This document shows positions 13,724-25,603 of a stretch of 64,000 bases of DNA, piece by piece. The position numbers and the translations under genes are program-made. Every line of letters begins with the position of its first letter. The first letter of the stretch is position 1. Source of the DNA: Octopus sinensis (lineage: Eukaryota); assembly GCF_006345805.1 (NCBI RefSeq), contig NC_042999.1, positions 141,050,001 to 141,114,000 of the forward strand, read 5' to 3'. The notes beneath the pieces are model-generated. The model saw only the letters and a list, made by a program, of their open reading frames with translations. It was not told the origin of the DNA and did not search any database.

Positions 13724-14126
13724 GGATCTTTTCGGTTTGAACGGCAGTGTTTTCTAGCGGTGTCATATGCAATTGTCACCCATAATTATGACCCTAGTAT
13801 CGATCTATTGCATTTCAATCTGTTTTAGGGTTAGGGTTAGTTAGGGTTAGGGGTGGGGGGAAGGGTATCTTTTTTCTTCAGAAATGTAAATAAACCCAAT
13901 CTGTTTCTTAAACAAGGAACATATTCATACAGCACAGAATGTTTTCACCTTCAATAAACGTCATTGAAGAAAAAAACAACAAATATCTTACAAACTATAG
14001 AATTTTCTCAATAAAGCCAAGAGAAAAAGATGTTTTATAAACACATTCTACCAGTATACGACGTTTAAAAGTGGTTAGTTACGTGGAAATTATTTTAAAA
14101 AACTGCCATTCAGACCGAAAAGATCC
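13724..14126. mobile_element. 403-bp MITE with 30-bp TIRs, 8-bp TSD and internal TTAGGG repeats
   Basis: TIR ggatcttttcggtttgaacggcagtgtttt (13724-13753) matches the reverse complement of 14097-14126 at 27/30. Exact TSD aaatactt at 13716-13723 and 14127-14134. TTAGGG units at 13825-13852. Confidence 0.93.
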
Positions 14127-15560
14127 AAATACTTTTCTACCACAATCCAACAGTTCTTTTTCATACAACATTCATTACTCATTAGAATAACATTTCTAAT
14201 CCAACTGTTAAATCTTCTGCATACATCTTTAAGTGACTTTAATATCCACTCAGTTTATTTATTTCTACTTGTCCTTTCTCATAAATTAATTGTATATGTA
14301 TCTCTAATTAGAAGAGAAACAATCAAAGTTAAAATCAGAATATTAGTTTCCTTTCTTGCTTGTTTACATGTTTATTGCTTTCATTTACATATTTATTCAC
14401 ATCCAGATACATTTTTGTCTTTTGGGTGATTATAGTTATTGTGGAATTGATGATTTAGTGTCATTATAGTTTCCTTATTGTAAAATTTTGTATTATTTTT
14501 TTATATTAACATTCCTAACCCAATTAAAGTTTAACTTCTTTGGAAACCAGAACTGTGACAGGTGCAAAGTCTTCCCTAACTACACACACTTTTTCTCAGG
14601 AGCTGCTTATTCTATGACAGAAATCAATGTGTCTTTTGTTGTTACAGGAAATACTTATTAAACTTTCCTACTCAGCCTGTTAAGATCAATAGACAGTCAA
14701 ACAAGGTTGTTTGTTATTTGTACTGCTGCATTTAGCAACTCTCTTCACATTGATTGTGAGTGTGTGTGTTTGTGTTTTGAGACTCCCATTTATCTTAGAC
14801 AGATGAAGACAACCTTCATCAGATTCAATCTATAGATTTCAGCTTTGTCACCTTAGCATTCTTGGCAGCAAGAAGTCAATTGAAGCAAGCAGACTATCAT
14901 TGTATCAAATTTGTATGACAGTAAAAAAAAGAAACATAAAAATAGAAAGAAATAAAACAAAATGCAATAAAATAAAAATGCATAAATTTTTTAAAAAAAC
15001 ACTCATCCTTCAAGAAAACAAAAATAAAAATCAATCAATAATAAACATAGTAGATTCTGTTGAGGCTTAGAGAGTGACAGTATAAGAGGAAAGAAAATAA
15101 GGAAGTCACGTATAACAGATATATGGATATGAACTATAAGAATACATTTGTAGCCTTGCTCCAATTCTTTCCTTACACACTCATATAAACCCGTGTGTGT
15201 GTGTATGTGTGTGTGTGTATATATATATATAAATAATAGGAATTATTTAATATGCTTTCTGGTATATTACATGATTTTATATTACATAATCTCCTTATAT
15301 TTATAACCTTCATTACTTTTACTTTGGCTTTTTTTTATGTTGGTATGAGTTGGATGAGACACATTGAGGCAGTATTCTGTGGCCAGTTGCTCTTCCTGAT
15401 GCCAGCCCTTATATTCAAGTAAAGTATTTTACGCAACTTCTTCAAAGTGTTGAACCACCAAACTACTGGATGTAAACCATAAACATGATACCACTGTCCA
15501 ACAATGTCAATTTGAACATATGCAAAAACAAACTCACACACAAATGCAAATATGTGCGTG

Positions 15561-15593
<33 letters not shown>

Positions 15594-15756
15594 GCTTATA
15601 TATGTATATATTCCGTAGGCTTCTATACAATTTCCATCTACCAAATTTCACTTTCAAAGTGATGGTTAACTCAAAGCTATAGCAAAAGTGCTGTATAGCA
15701 GGATCAAACCTAATGTGAAGTAAACTTTTTAACTATGCAACCATAAATATACACTG

Positions 15757-15950
15757 TTATTCTTTTACTTGTTTCAGTCATTTGCCTGTGGCTATGCTTG
15801 AGCACCGCCTTTAGTCAAACAAATCAACCCCAGGACTTATTCTTTGTAACTCTAGTACTTATTCTATTGGTCTCTTTTGCCAAACCACTAAGTTAAAAAG
15901 ATGTAAACACACCAACAGCAGTTGTCAAGCAATGGTATGGAGACAAATAT

Positions 15951-16020
<70 letters not shown>

Positions 16021-16176
16021 CAGGTTTCTTTTAGTTAGTCTCTACCAAATTCATTCACAAGGCTTTGTCAGCCCAAGGCTATGGTAGAAGATATTTGACC
16101 AAGGTGCCACGCACTGGGACCGAACCCAGAACCATGTGGTTGGGCAGCAAACTTCGTACCACACAGCCACACCTGC
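15757..16176 (-). mobile_element. Family A SINE, full length, with expanded internal (TA)n
   Basis: Reverse complement of the 52869-53281 copy: tcttttacttgtttcagtc ... ccaaggtgccacgcactgggaccgaacc ... ccacacagccacacctgc; TA tract at ~15950-16016. Confidence 0.9.
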
Positions 16177-16178
16177 AC

Positions 16179-16210
<32 letters not shown>

Positions 16211-16216
<6 letters not shown>

Positions 16217-16447
16217 ATACAAAAAATGGGATAAGAACGCAACAGGAGACAACAAAACATCCAGACAGATGATACAAAAAAGGGACAAGAAAAAACAAGG
16301 ACAGGTCGTTTGGAATTTTCTTTCCTCAGTTGAGTTCCTGATCATCTTTGCAGTTTTGGCTGGTTATACTTGAAATTGCTCCAATCTGGCCAACCCCAAG
16401 GAAAATCGAAGCTAAGATTCCCAGGAAGAAAGTGAACATATGATGCT
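16211..16447 (-). mobile_element. Short dispersed repeat between TA tracts, possibly a Penelope pseudo-LTR with a degenerate hammerhead-like motif
   Basis: Minus strand 16333-16303 reads CUGAGGA-A-AGAA(AA)UUC-CAAA-CGAC; bounded by (TA)n on both sides. Confidence 0.4.
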
Positions 16448-16859
16448 ATATATATATATATATATATATAAGAGACCAAAGTGTGCGGCGGCGGTGAGGA
16501 TGATGCCTGTGGAACTTGTTGCATAGTGAAATTCTTTTTTTTTCTTAATATTTTTATTCTGTGCCAATGAGTAATATGATTATAGTGTAATATGAGTAAT
16601 AGTAAAGATGCATAGCACAAATTGTTGTTTCAAATATGGAATACTTTGCCAAAAGTTATTAACATGTCTCAGCTGACTTTGAAACAGTAAATTAATGATT
16701 TAAAAGAATACATTTTCTAACTCAGAATATTTCTTCATGAATTTATAATAATTTTGGTTTTACATTTTCTATCTTGCTCAATTGATCAATACTTTAGCAA
16801 CAGTCCATGAGTTTAGTAGCAGAGTATAGGATTCAATGTTCTATAGTGATAACAAGAAT

Positions 16860-17056
16860 AATGGTTTTTAACATAAGACCACTAATTTGGGGACAATGAG
16901 TGCAGTTGGTTAGACTAACTCCCATACTTGCACTTACTTTATCAACTTCAAATGGAAGAAGAGCCAAGTCAACTCTGGTAGGATTTGAATGCAAAACATG
17001 AAGGGGCCTAATGAAATCCTGCATGACATATTGTGTGTACTCTACTAATTCTGTCA
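16860..17056 (-). mobile_element. Family C SINE, degenerate
   Basis: acttactttatcaac...gccaagtcaactctggtaggatttgaat, homologous to the copies at 56342-57055. Confidence 0.6.
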
Positions 17057-17497
17057 TACATTACTAATCAACCTCTCTAATCATAACTGTCATCATCACC
17101 ACCAACTTCAGAAATTTGGTTCAGCTAAATACATAGCACCTGAAAGTAATTTTTAAATAATCAATGTGAGCACAAGAATTAGGTGGATACAGTATCTATG
17201 CAGTAAAGTTAAGATGCTTGACTAATGACCAAATGGATATTAGTTGAGACTTTATTAATACAGTCCAATCTCTTGTGCCCTTTAACAAAGAATATAACTC
17301 TACTGCTTGTTCCATTTTATATAACTGGTTCCACTCTTTATATCACTGCTCAGTTCTCAGTAAGACAATAATCATTCCAATATAAACCATTCAAACCATG
17401 CAAATATGGAAACATAGATGTAAATTACAAAGAAAATGATCAGCTACGCCATGGACAGGTTCAGGAAGGACTTGAGATATGTATATATATTGTTATG

Positions 17498-17545
<48 letters not shown>

Positions 17546-17560
17546 GATATGTATATATAT

Positions 17561-17857
17561 CTTTTACTTGTTTCAGTCATTCAGCCATGTTGGGACACTG
17601 CCTTGAAGGGTTGAACAAATTGACCCTTTTTTTTAAAGTTAAGTACTTATTCTATTGGTTTCTTTTGCCAAACTGCTAAGTTATGGGGATGTAAATACAT
17701 CCACACTGGTTGTCAAGTGGTGGTGGGGGACAAACAGAGACACACACACACACACATATATGCATGACAGATGTCTTTCAGTTTTTGTTTCTCAAATCCA
17801 CTCACAAGGCTTTTGCCAGCCCAAGGCTGTAGTAGAAGACACTTGCCCAAGGTGCCA
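17561..17857 (-). mobile_element. Family A SINE, 5'-truncated
   Basis: cttttacttgtttcagtcatt ... caaatccactcacaaggctttt ... gtagaagacacttgcccaaggtgcca. Confidence 0.88.
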
Positions 17858-20216
17858 TTATATATAAATGGTACTACACAGTATTGAAGTTAAGCAGAAA
17901 TGTGAAGTCAACCATTTTAATCATTAGTAAATACACAGCTTTGAAACCATAGACAGTTACTTCTCTCGGTAGTCAGAATTTGATATGGAAGTACTTTTTA
18001 AGCCTTTTTTTAAAAAATACATCAGGACTTATGCTTCTTAGAATCACAAACTGATAGTGGACCTTTCTTTGCAGATGTAAAAGTATTACACATATCTGCC
18101 TTTATTCCTTTCACTTTAGACTATCATTATTAAAACACACCATTTCCATTATTTCTTTGAACAATTTTGCTAAAGAGCGACTAGCTTTCCACTAGTGACA
18201 TTTTAATGAAATTTCTTAAATACGTTCTTTCATCACTTGCCAAAATCTGGTACACTTTCACTAGAAAAACCTGGTACACTTTCATTGCATTTATATTGTC
18301 TATATGATAAATCAGCCACCAAACTTCAACATTTAAACAACCTCACTGATATATAAATGTTGCCTTCTGGTTTTACTAAATTTCATGAAGAAAGCACTTT
18401 CCCTGCCCCTTAATAAAAGTACGTTTTGGGAGTTTCATTCAGAGAATATATTTCCTCCTTTTCCCTGGGGGCTGTCTGTTGATATGATCTTTATAAAGTA
18501 TTTGTTTCTGACTCACTTCACTTGCCTCACTTTAACACATCCGGTTCTCTGTTAATTATCAAGAATATTCTGGCTAACACTGTATATTTCTTTTAACAGA
18601 TAATGGTTGGCTTACTCTTCTTCATAGTCTGTACCTGTTTGCCATACTAACATATGTTAAACAAGCGAACTTGACTGTTCCTTACATTTCTTCACTATAG
18701 AGTTTCTAATAAACCTTTGGCATTAAAGTTTCTTTGTCTTTCATAAAAAAAATTGAACGGAAGATTAAAGAAAGTGAAAATAAGTGTATTATTAGCTTCT
18801 CTAAACTGTTATTGGTCTATGTTGTGATTATTGATTTGTTTTAATTTCTAGAGTAAGCATCATATTTAGAAACTGGGGATAAATACATCATTAGATTCTA
18901 AGAAAAAGATAGAAATAAAGGAAAGAAGATAAAAAAGAGAGGAAAATAAAATGGAGAGGAAATAAGAGAGTAAAGAGAGAGAGAGAGAGAGAGAGAGAGA
19001 AACTTTTTAGTGAAGGTTTGGAATGATTCAATTTTACATAGATGGTGGTGGAATTTATTCTGTATTTTTATACAAAGATTAAAATAGGTTGTGTTTAAAC
19101 AACAAAGAGATAAAACTGTTAATATGTACTGAAATTTGTTAGTGATGACAGCAGTTGAGAATGAAAACAATCATATACTTGTAGGTAGTTGAAAAGCTTG
19201 GTAAGTTTTGATACCTTTAAGATTTTCAAATAGGTCAAGTTATTTCTTCAGTGCTCTGTAAAATTATCCAAGCTAATGTGTAGGTAGTGTAGTTTGGGTA
19301 CTGTTGTTGAATAGCCCACATTAACTATGCTCTGAGCAAGATAGAATATCTAGTATCAACCCACTAGTTCAGGTCTTGGGATATGTGGATATGAGAAATC
19401 AGGATTTAAGTTGAACTTCAGCATTTGATCAGTATTTTACCCAGAATCATACCAATTCATTTATTAAATTTTAGAACCTCTGGTACTTACTTTGCTGATG
19501 ATTAAGAAGTTTATTAAGGGAGATTTTTACTTCTGCATGGAACACATTGACTGATGATACCAAAACCCCCTTGTCTATCTCAATCTTTCATTACTAATAT
19601 AAGTGGGTGTAGTTTCAATAATTGTATTTTCTGCATAGCTTCTTATGCTTGACCTGAAAATTCATGCATCACATGATGTGAACAATAAACACAATCCAGA
19701 ATATTGTTTGTGGTTTGGGGATTTTGAGTTCACATGTATTTGTTAAATCTATTCTAGCATGGTAAAAAAATGGTTGTAAAATAAATGAATGAATGCACTA
19801 TCTGCATTCTGTAGATTCATGTATTGTAAATTAAATGAGTAAGTGATGAACAGTCGTTCCTCAATAGATGAAGAAACTAGATAAAGAATCAGTGCAATGA
19901 CAAACCAAAAAAGAAATAAATAAAAAAAATAACAAAAGCCAATTAACAATAATTATTATTATAGTTTTGTTTTGTTAGTGTAATAAGAACTATGTCTGTA
20001 GTGTAGTCTGTTGTTTCATTTTTCTAAGTTCACATCCCACCAGAAACTGTTTCTATAAAATATCAGTACAGATACTTACATTATTGATATAGATTAATGT
20101 CAGTTCTATTGACAGTCACTTGCTCTTAATTAGAATTTATCCTTATTAAAAGGGGTTTATTATCAGGGTTTGGAAGTTGATAAAGAATACTTGGGATGCA
20201 TTTTAGATACATCTAG

Positions 20217-20595
20217 TGCAGGCACAGCTTTGTGGTTGAGAGATTCACTTCCCAACAATTTGATTTCAAGTTCAGTTCCCCTGCATGGCACCTTGCTATG
20301 GCCCTTTTGCTATAGCCTTGGACTGGCAAAAACCATGTGTGGATTTAGTATACAGAAACTGAAACTATCTGTGTGTGCATGTGCGTTTGTTTACATTTGT
20401 GATTACCTGGTGTCAGTTCTATCAACAAATTATTTGGTCACTTTGTGCCTTCAAAGCTGTACATAATAAGAGATCCCTTATTTGAAAAACAGGTAAGGGT
20501 TAGCAACAGGAAGGGTATCCAGCTGTAAAACATACCTCAAATAATATAGTCATCAACATAGTATAAGCATGGAAAAATGGATTAAAACAGATGAG
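20217..20595 (+). mobile_element. Mosaic SINE: family A head and core with a family B-type tail
   Basis: gcaggcacagctttgtggttgagag...gttcagttccc...tggcaccttg (family A), then agggttagcaacaggaagggtatccagctgtaaaa...gcatggaaaaatggattaaaacagatga (family B-type). Confidence 0.65.
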
Positions 20596-20947
20596 AACAT
20601 TTTAGATATTTAACCAACACATGAGCACAGTGGTCATGGCTGTTAAAAAAGCGGTTCAATAGCTTCTAGAATGCAGAAGTCATATTTTGTATCAAAACAT
20701 CAGTAATTTATATATTTAAGAAGGTATTTTCTTTTTTTTTAACCAAAAAAAAAAAAGACTATTCCCATCATGCACTCACTTCTGGCTGCTCCAGATTTAT
20801 TATTATAAATAACAGAAAATACCTTTTAAAAACTTTTAAATGTTAATAAGAATTATCTCCCCCCAAAAAGTGACTCTCAATGTTGGATTATACGATTGCT
20901 TGTAACCATGTTTAATTCATGGAGATAAAATTACCATACAGATAAAA

Positions 20948-21448
20948 GCATACGTAAAGGCACGTAAAAGCACCATCCGCTTGTGTCCGTTGCCAGCCTC
21001 GCCTGGCTCCCGTGCCGGTAGCATGTAAAAGCACCATCCATTCATGTCCGTTGCCAGCCTCGCCTGGTCCCCGTGCCGTTGGCACGTAAAAGCACCGTCC
21101 GCTCGTGTCCGTTGCTAGCCTCGCCTCGCCCCAGTGCCGGTAGCACGTAAAAGCACCATCCGTTCGTGTCCGTTGCCAGCCTCACCTGGCCCCCGTGCCC
21201 GTGGCACGTAAAAACACCATCCGTTCGTGGCTGTTTGCCAGCTCTGTCTGGCACCTGTGCAGGTGGCATGTAAAAAGCACCCACTACACTCACGGAGTGG
21301 TTGGCGTTAGGAAGGGCATCCAGCCGTAGAAACACTGCCAAATCTGACTGGGCCTGATGAAGCCTTCCGGCTTCACAGACCCCAGTTAAACCGTCCAACC
21401 CATGCTAGCATGGAAAACGGACGCTAAATGATGATGATGATGATGATA
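20948..21448 (+). mobile_element. Family B repeat, young copy, with a 5-unit 61-bp internal array and (GAT)n tail
   Basis: Units start at 20959, 21020, 21081, 21142 and 21203 (period 61-62), then ggttggcgttaggaagggcatccagccgtagaaa...ccaacccatgctagcatggaaaacggacgctaaa(tga)n. CpG-rich. Confidence 0.92.
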
Positions 21449-21826
21449 AGTTAACATTTTGTTTTTCCCTACTTTTATTCCACATTTCTGTTCATTATTT
21501 ACTAAAGTAAAATTATTCCAACAACTTCTAGTTATATAATTTTAGTTTGTCATGTCTTTATATAGGATGTAAATAACAAAGTTCATATATGCTAGACCTG
21601 AAGATTGGCAATATGATCGTTTTAATATGGTATTGTATTTAGAGACATTCTATTTCAGCAATATCGAGAAATATGTTATCATGAAATAAGAATTGAAGGT
21701 ATTAATTTTGATAATTTGGAATAAAAATTGTAGGTATTAATTTTGATAATTTTAATATTTAGTCCTATATATACCTATTGTGGATAATGTCATTCAATGA
21801 TGATTAAGTATATATATATATCAGGA

Positions 21827-22190
21827 CAGGAGTGGCTGTGTGGTAAGTAGCTTGCTTACGAACCACATGGTTTTAGGTTCAGTCCCACTGCATGGCACCT
21901 TGGACAAGTGTCTTTACTATAGCCTTGGGTCGACCAAAGCCTTGTGAGTGGATTTGGTAGACGGAAACTGAAAGAAGCCCATCATGTGTGTGTATATATA
22001 TGTGTGTGTATGTATATGTGTGTGTGTGTTTGTCCCCTCCCACTATCACCTGACAACTGATGTTGGTATGTTTCCGTAACTTAGCAGTTCAGCCTAAGAG
22101 ACCAATATAATAAGTACTAGTCTTAGAAAGAATAAGTCCTGGGGTCAGTTTGTTCGATTAAAGGCACCTGCAGTCAAATGACTGAAAAGA
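21827..22190 (+). mobile_element. Family A SINE, near full length
   Basis: caggagtggctgtgtggtaagtagcttgc...ggttcagtccc...gcagtcaaatgactgaaa. Confidence 0.92.
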
Positions 22191-22225
<35 letters not shown>

Positions 22226-22310
22226 TTGTTCAAAATGATACAAATGACAGAGACAGATAAGAGAACAATAAACCAGGCATATTAGTTTGATACTCAGGAA
22301 AAATGGAAGA

Positions 22311-22350
22311 AATCTTTGACATTTCAAGCTTATACTCCTCTACAGAAAGG
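22311..22350 (-). ncRNA. Degenerate minimal type I hammerhead ribozyme motif
   Basis: Minus RNA: CCUUU-CUGUAGA-G-GAGU(AUAA)GCUU-GAAA-UGUC-AAAG. Stem I CUUU/AAAG, GAAA and the GUC triplet are intact; one core substitution (A6 to U). Lies in a repeat spanning ~22230-22410. Confidence 0.6.
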
Positions 22351-24109
22351 AATGAGGGTAGAAAACAGATGGAGAGAGGGCAAAAAAAAACGTGTCCAGA
22401 TTAATTGTTGCACATGTTGAATTAACCAGAAGGAAGTAATTAGTTGAAGATGTGAGTAGCAAGGGAGATAACAGTGACCTTGCTGAAGTATTTATGCTCA
22501 AGCATGTGTATGAGGATAATGTGTGTGTAAGCAAGCACATATATGCATATAACGATTATGTGCACATGTGTGTGAAGAAGTGTATGCAAGTTGTGTGTTT
22601 TTGTATTGTTTTTAGGTGTCTATGTGCATAAAGTGTGTGTATGTATGTGAGCAAGTGTGCATGTCCTTGTTTTCAGCTGATGTGTGTATGTAGGATTGTT
22701 GGATATATATATACATAGATATATGTTTGTGAATGTTTTTACTCTTGTATATCAAGGAGACGAGCAGTACTTTTTGAATGAAATCCTTTGGAATATTTGC
22801 TCCACATCGAGTTATAGATACTCCTGTATCTCTTTTACCATTAAAACTGCATTAAACTAGTGAGTGACTCATTGGAAATCTATAACCAATGATGTTATTG
22901 TTCATTAATTGTAATGTAAAATAATGAATCACAAATTAACATTTGCTTTGAGATTCTTGATTGGACAATTTATTGTCTGATTTTAATATTGTAGTCCACA
23001 CATCCTTAATATGTTCTGCATTTCTGCACATTATCATAACTGCTTTGGTGTTTTGCACTGTCCATTTCAAAAAACTATTTCTTAGTTCAAGATTAGGGTT
23101 TGTTACTTTTAAAAAATTTGTTTAATTATTTTTTTCTAACCTTACTTTGTTAAGTAACATTTATTTGTTAAATAACACATGCACAGGTTCAATTTCACTT
23201 CTTTATCGTAAGTAAACAATAAAGAAGTAACATTACTTTCCTATTAATATGCTGAAACTGGCAATGCTGTAAATAAATTACAAGATCTTATATGATATCT
23301 CTTTTGCTGCCTAAAATTCCTAAGTTAAACTCCCATTACAATCAATGTTATTTTAGCCCTCCACCTCTTCCATTTATAAAATAAGCACTAGTAAAGTCAA
23401 TTTATTATAGCATGTGCTCTTTACAAAAAGTGTATTATGAAATAATAAAAAAAAGAATCTGCTTTGCTTTTATTATGATTGGTATGTCTGGTGGTATTGA
23501 AATTTGGTTCAATCTATTGACATTATCCTTGAAATAAACCAGGTTTCAATGCACTTTTGATAGCCACAAATTATCAATAAGAAATATTAACCACTTTATA
23601 TTGCAATAAATAACACTCATAAAAGCTGACTATTAAATATCAATGATACTCTATTAGCTGTAGATAAGAAAGTTAGTGAGCTGCAGATAATGTCACAAAG
23701 AGGGAAATAAACAACTAGCAGAGGTGTTGGCAGTATCTTTCATATCTTGTCAGCAGTGCTGTGTCTCTTTTGTCTCAGAGACCATTGTTCTATTCAAGGG
23801 AATAATTATTTCTCATCTGCTTAAAATGACTGAAACCAGAGCCAGACACTGGTCATATGGCCCCTTGTTGTTCAGAGGGTATTAATTTTGAAAAAGCAAG
23901 AAAGTAAATATTTTGTGTTTACAGTTTCCCTTGCAGGATAGTAAAATACGATAATGGTTTTAAAAGAATTATATTCTAATTTACTTTACTAATCTATTTT
24001 ATGCAATTTGAGACCATAAACAATTTGGGCTTCCATGATAGCCTTTTTACAGGGGGAAATGTCAAGCGGTCACTAACCCTACCCTTGAAGGGTCTCCTTA
24101 GACAGGATA

Positions 24110-24292
24110 CTAGTCTATCACAAAGCTAACCCACAAACTGCTGCTGCTATTATACTGTTTCAGCTGCAGAGTGGATTGGAGTAGCATGTAATGAAATACT
24201 TAGCTCAAGGAAACAGTGCACAACTTGATCTGAGAATAGAATGCATGACCTTTGAACATGAACCTAATGTCCTAACAGTTAGGCCACACATG
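24110..24292 (-). mobile_element. Degenerate tRNA-headed SINE (family E-like)
   Basis: cagctgcagagtggattggagtagcatgtaatgaaatacttagctcaagg...cctaacagttaggccac, similar to 47170-47474. Confidence 0.5.
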
Positions 24293-24401
24293 AAATCTAT
24301 GGCTTTTTTTTAGAGAAGAAAAATATATATTTCTCAATTTTGCATAGAAAAGAATACACACACATGTATATTCATTATATTTAAAATTGTATATGTAACA
24401 T

Positions 24402-24620
24402 CATCATTGTCATCATCATCATCATCCTATATTAATGTCTACAATGCTGACATGTGTTGAACAGCTTGACGGAATTAGACAGGTCCAATGGCTGCATCAT
24501 GTTCCAATGTTTGCTTCAGCATGATTTCTATAACTGAATTTTTTTCCTAATACCTACCACTTTACTGATTGTTCTGAGTACTTGTTTTTTCTTTTTTTGG
24601 CATCAGCACTAGTAAGGTCA
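24402..24620 (-). mobile_element. Family B repeat, degenerate, continuing into purine-rich sequence to ~24980
   Basis: (tca)n...catgtgttgaacagcttgac...catgatttctataactg...cctaatacctaccacttta. Confidence 0.6.
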
Positions 24621-25107
24621 CCATACAGCTCACAAGACTAAGATTCCCTTCAACTGAGTGGGGCTACAGTAAAGAGGCAGATTTATTCTAGAAGGTGAGA
24701 GGTTAGAATACGAATGTAAGAGCCAGACCAGAATGGGTTTCTTGATGTAGAGTAGCCATAAGGCTACTCACATTCTAGAAGTTAGGATGGGATTAACTGA
24801 AGTTGAGCTGGCAAGAGAGTTGAAATTGGCACAGAAGAATCATGATGGAACGTCAAGCTACAAGAAAGTGAATAGAATTGAGTGGAGACAGAAGAGCAAG
24901 AAGGTGTGTAGGTAGCTGTTGCAATAGTGTATGGAGAGACAAGTGAGGGATGGATAGAGCTGGGAAAGGAGTAAGTCCATTATGTTGAAACTGACTTAAT
25001 TATATTGTAGAAGAATCATAATTGCTATTTATACACACACACACACACACAACACACACACACACACATACATATACATATACATATATATATACATACA
25101 TATACAT

Positions 25108-25240
25108 ATCATCATCAATTAACATCCATTGTCCATACTGGCATGGGTTGAGCAGTTTGACTGGGCTGGCACACTGCACCAGACACTAGTCTGATTTGGC
25201 ATGGTTTTCTACTGCTGTATACCCTTTCTAATGCCAACAT
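25108..25240 (-). mobile_element. Family B tail fragment
   Basis: atcatcatcaattaacatcc...ggcatgggttgagcagttt...cctttctaatgccaac. Confidence 0.75.
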
Positions 25241-25244
25241 AAAT

Positions 25245-25546
25245 ATATAGTGAAATGCAGAGTTAGGTCAGCTGATCATGAGAATCAAATACTGATCACA
25301 TCGCTAAAAACTGCAGGTGGTATGGGTTATTTCCCTTGGGTGTTTAAAAAAATTAGTTATAAGAGGTAGATATAAAGGTCCCTTCCAGTGGCCGTATTAT
25401 CGATTTTTTCAACAATCTAAGTGTCATGAGGTTTCCAGACAGAAGTTCTTCTCACATGTCAAGTTTCATCAAAATCAATAAAACGATGTAGGAGGAGTTA
25501 GATAACAATGCCACAAACAAACACACACTGATTTTCCACATATGTA

Positions 25547-25548
<2 letters not shown>
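25245..25548 (-). mobile_element. Probable Helitron-like non-autonomous element, 5' part
   Basis: Minus strand starts from a TA tract as tactacatatgtggaaaatcagtgtgtgtttgtttgt...gatgaaacttgacatg, similar in style to the 5' end of the 5722 element. No 3' hairpin or CTRR found. Confidence 0.4.

Positions 25549-25603
<55 letters not shown>

Noticed and set aside
13825-13852. TTAGGG repeats as a real telomere or fusion scar
   Set aside because: Only about four units, and they are internal to a MITE with TIRs and a TSD.
18570-18710. Branch-point-like ctaac plus a strong acceptor tttcttttaacag; similar sites at ~12713, ~14599 and ~49438
   Set aside because: Downstream frames close quickly or are unrecognisable, and no matching donors give a coherent gene.
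20959-21264. Regular 61-bp periodicity resembling a CRISPR array
   Set aside because: Whole units repeat with no unique spacers, there are no cas genes, and the array lies inside a eukaryotic dispersed repeat.
21350-21385. CTGATGA followed by a hairpin (ctgatgaagccttccggcttc), hammerhead-like
   Set aside because: No GAAA follows the stem, and the sister copy near 27370 reads ctgatgc, so the match is incidental.
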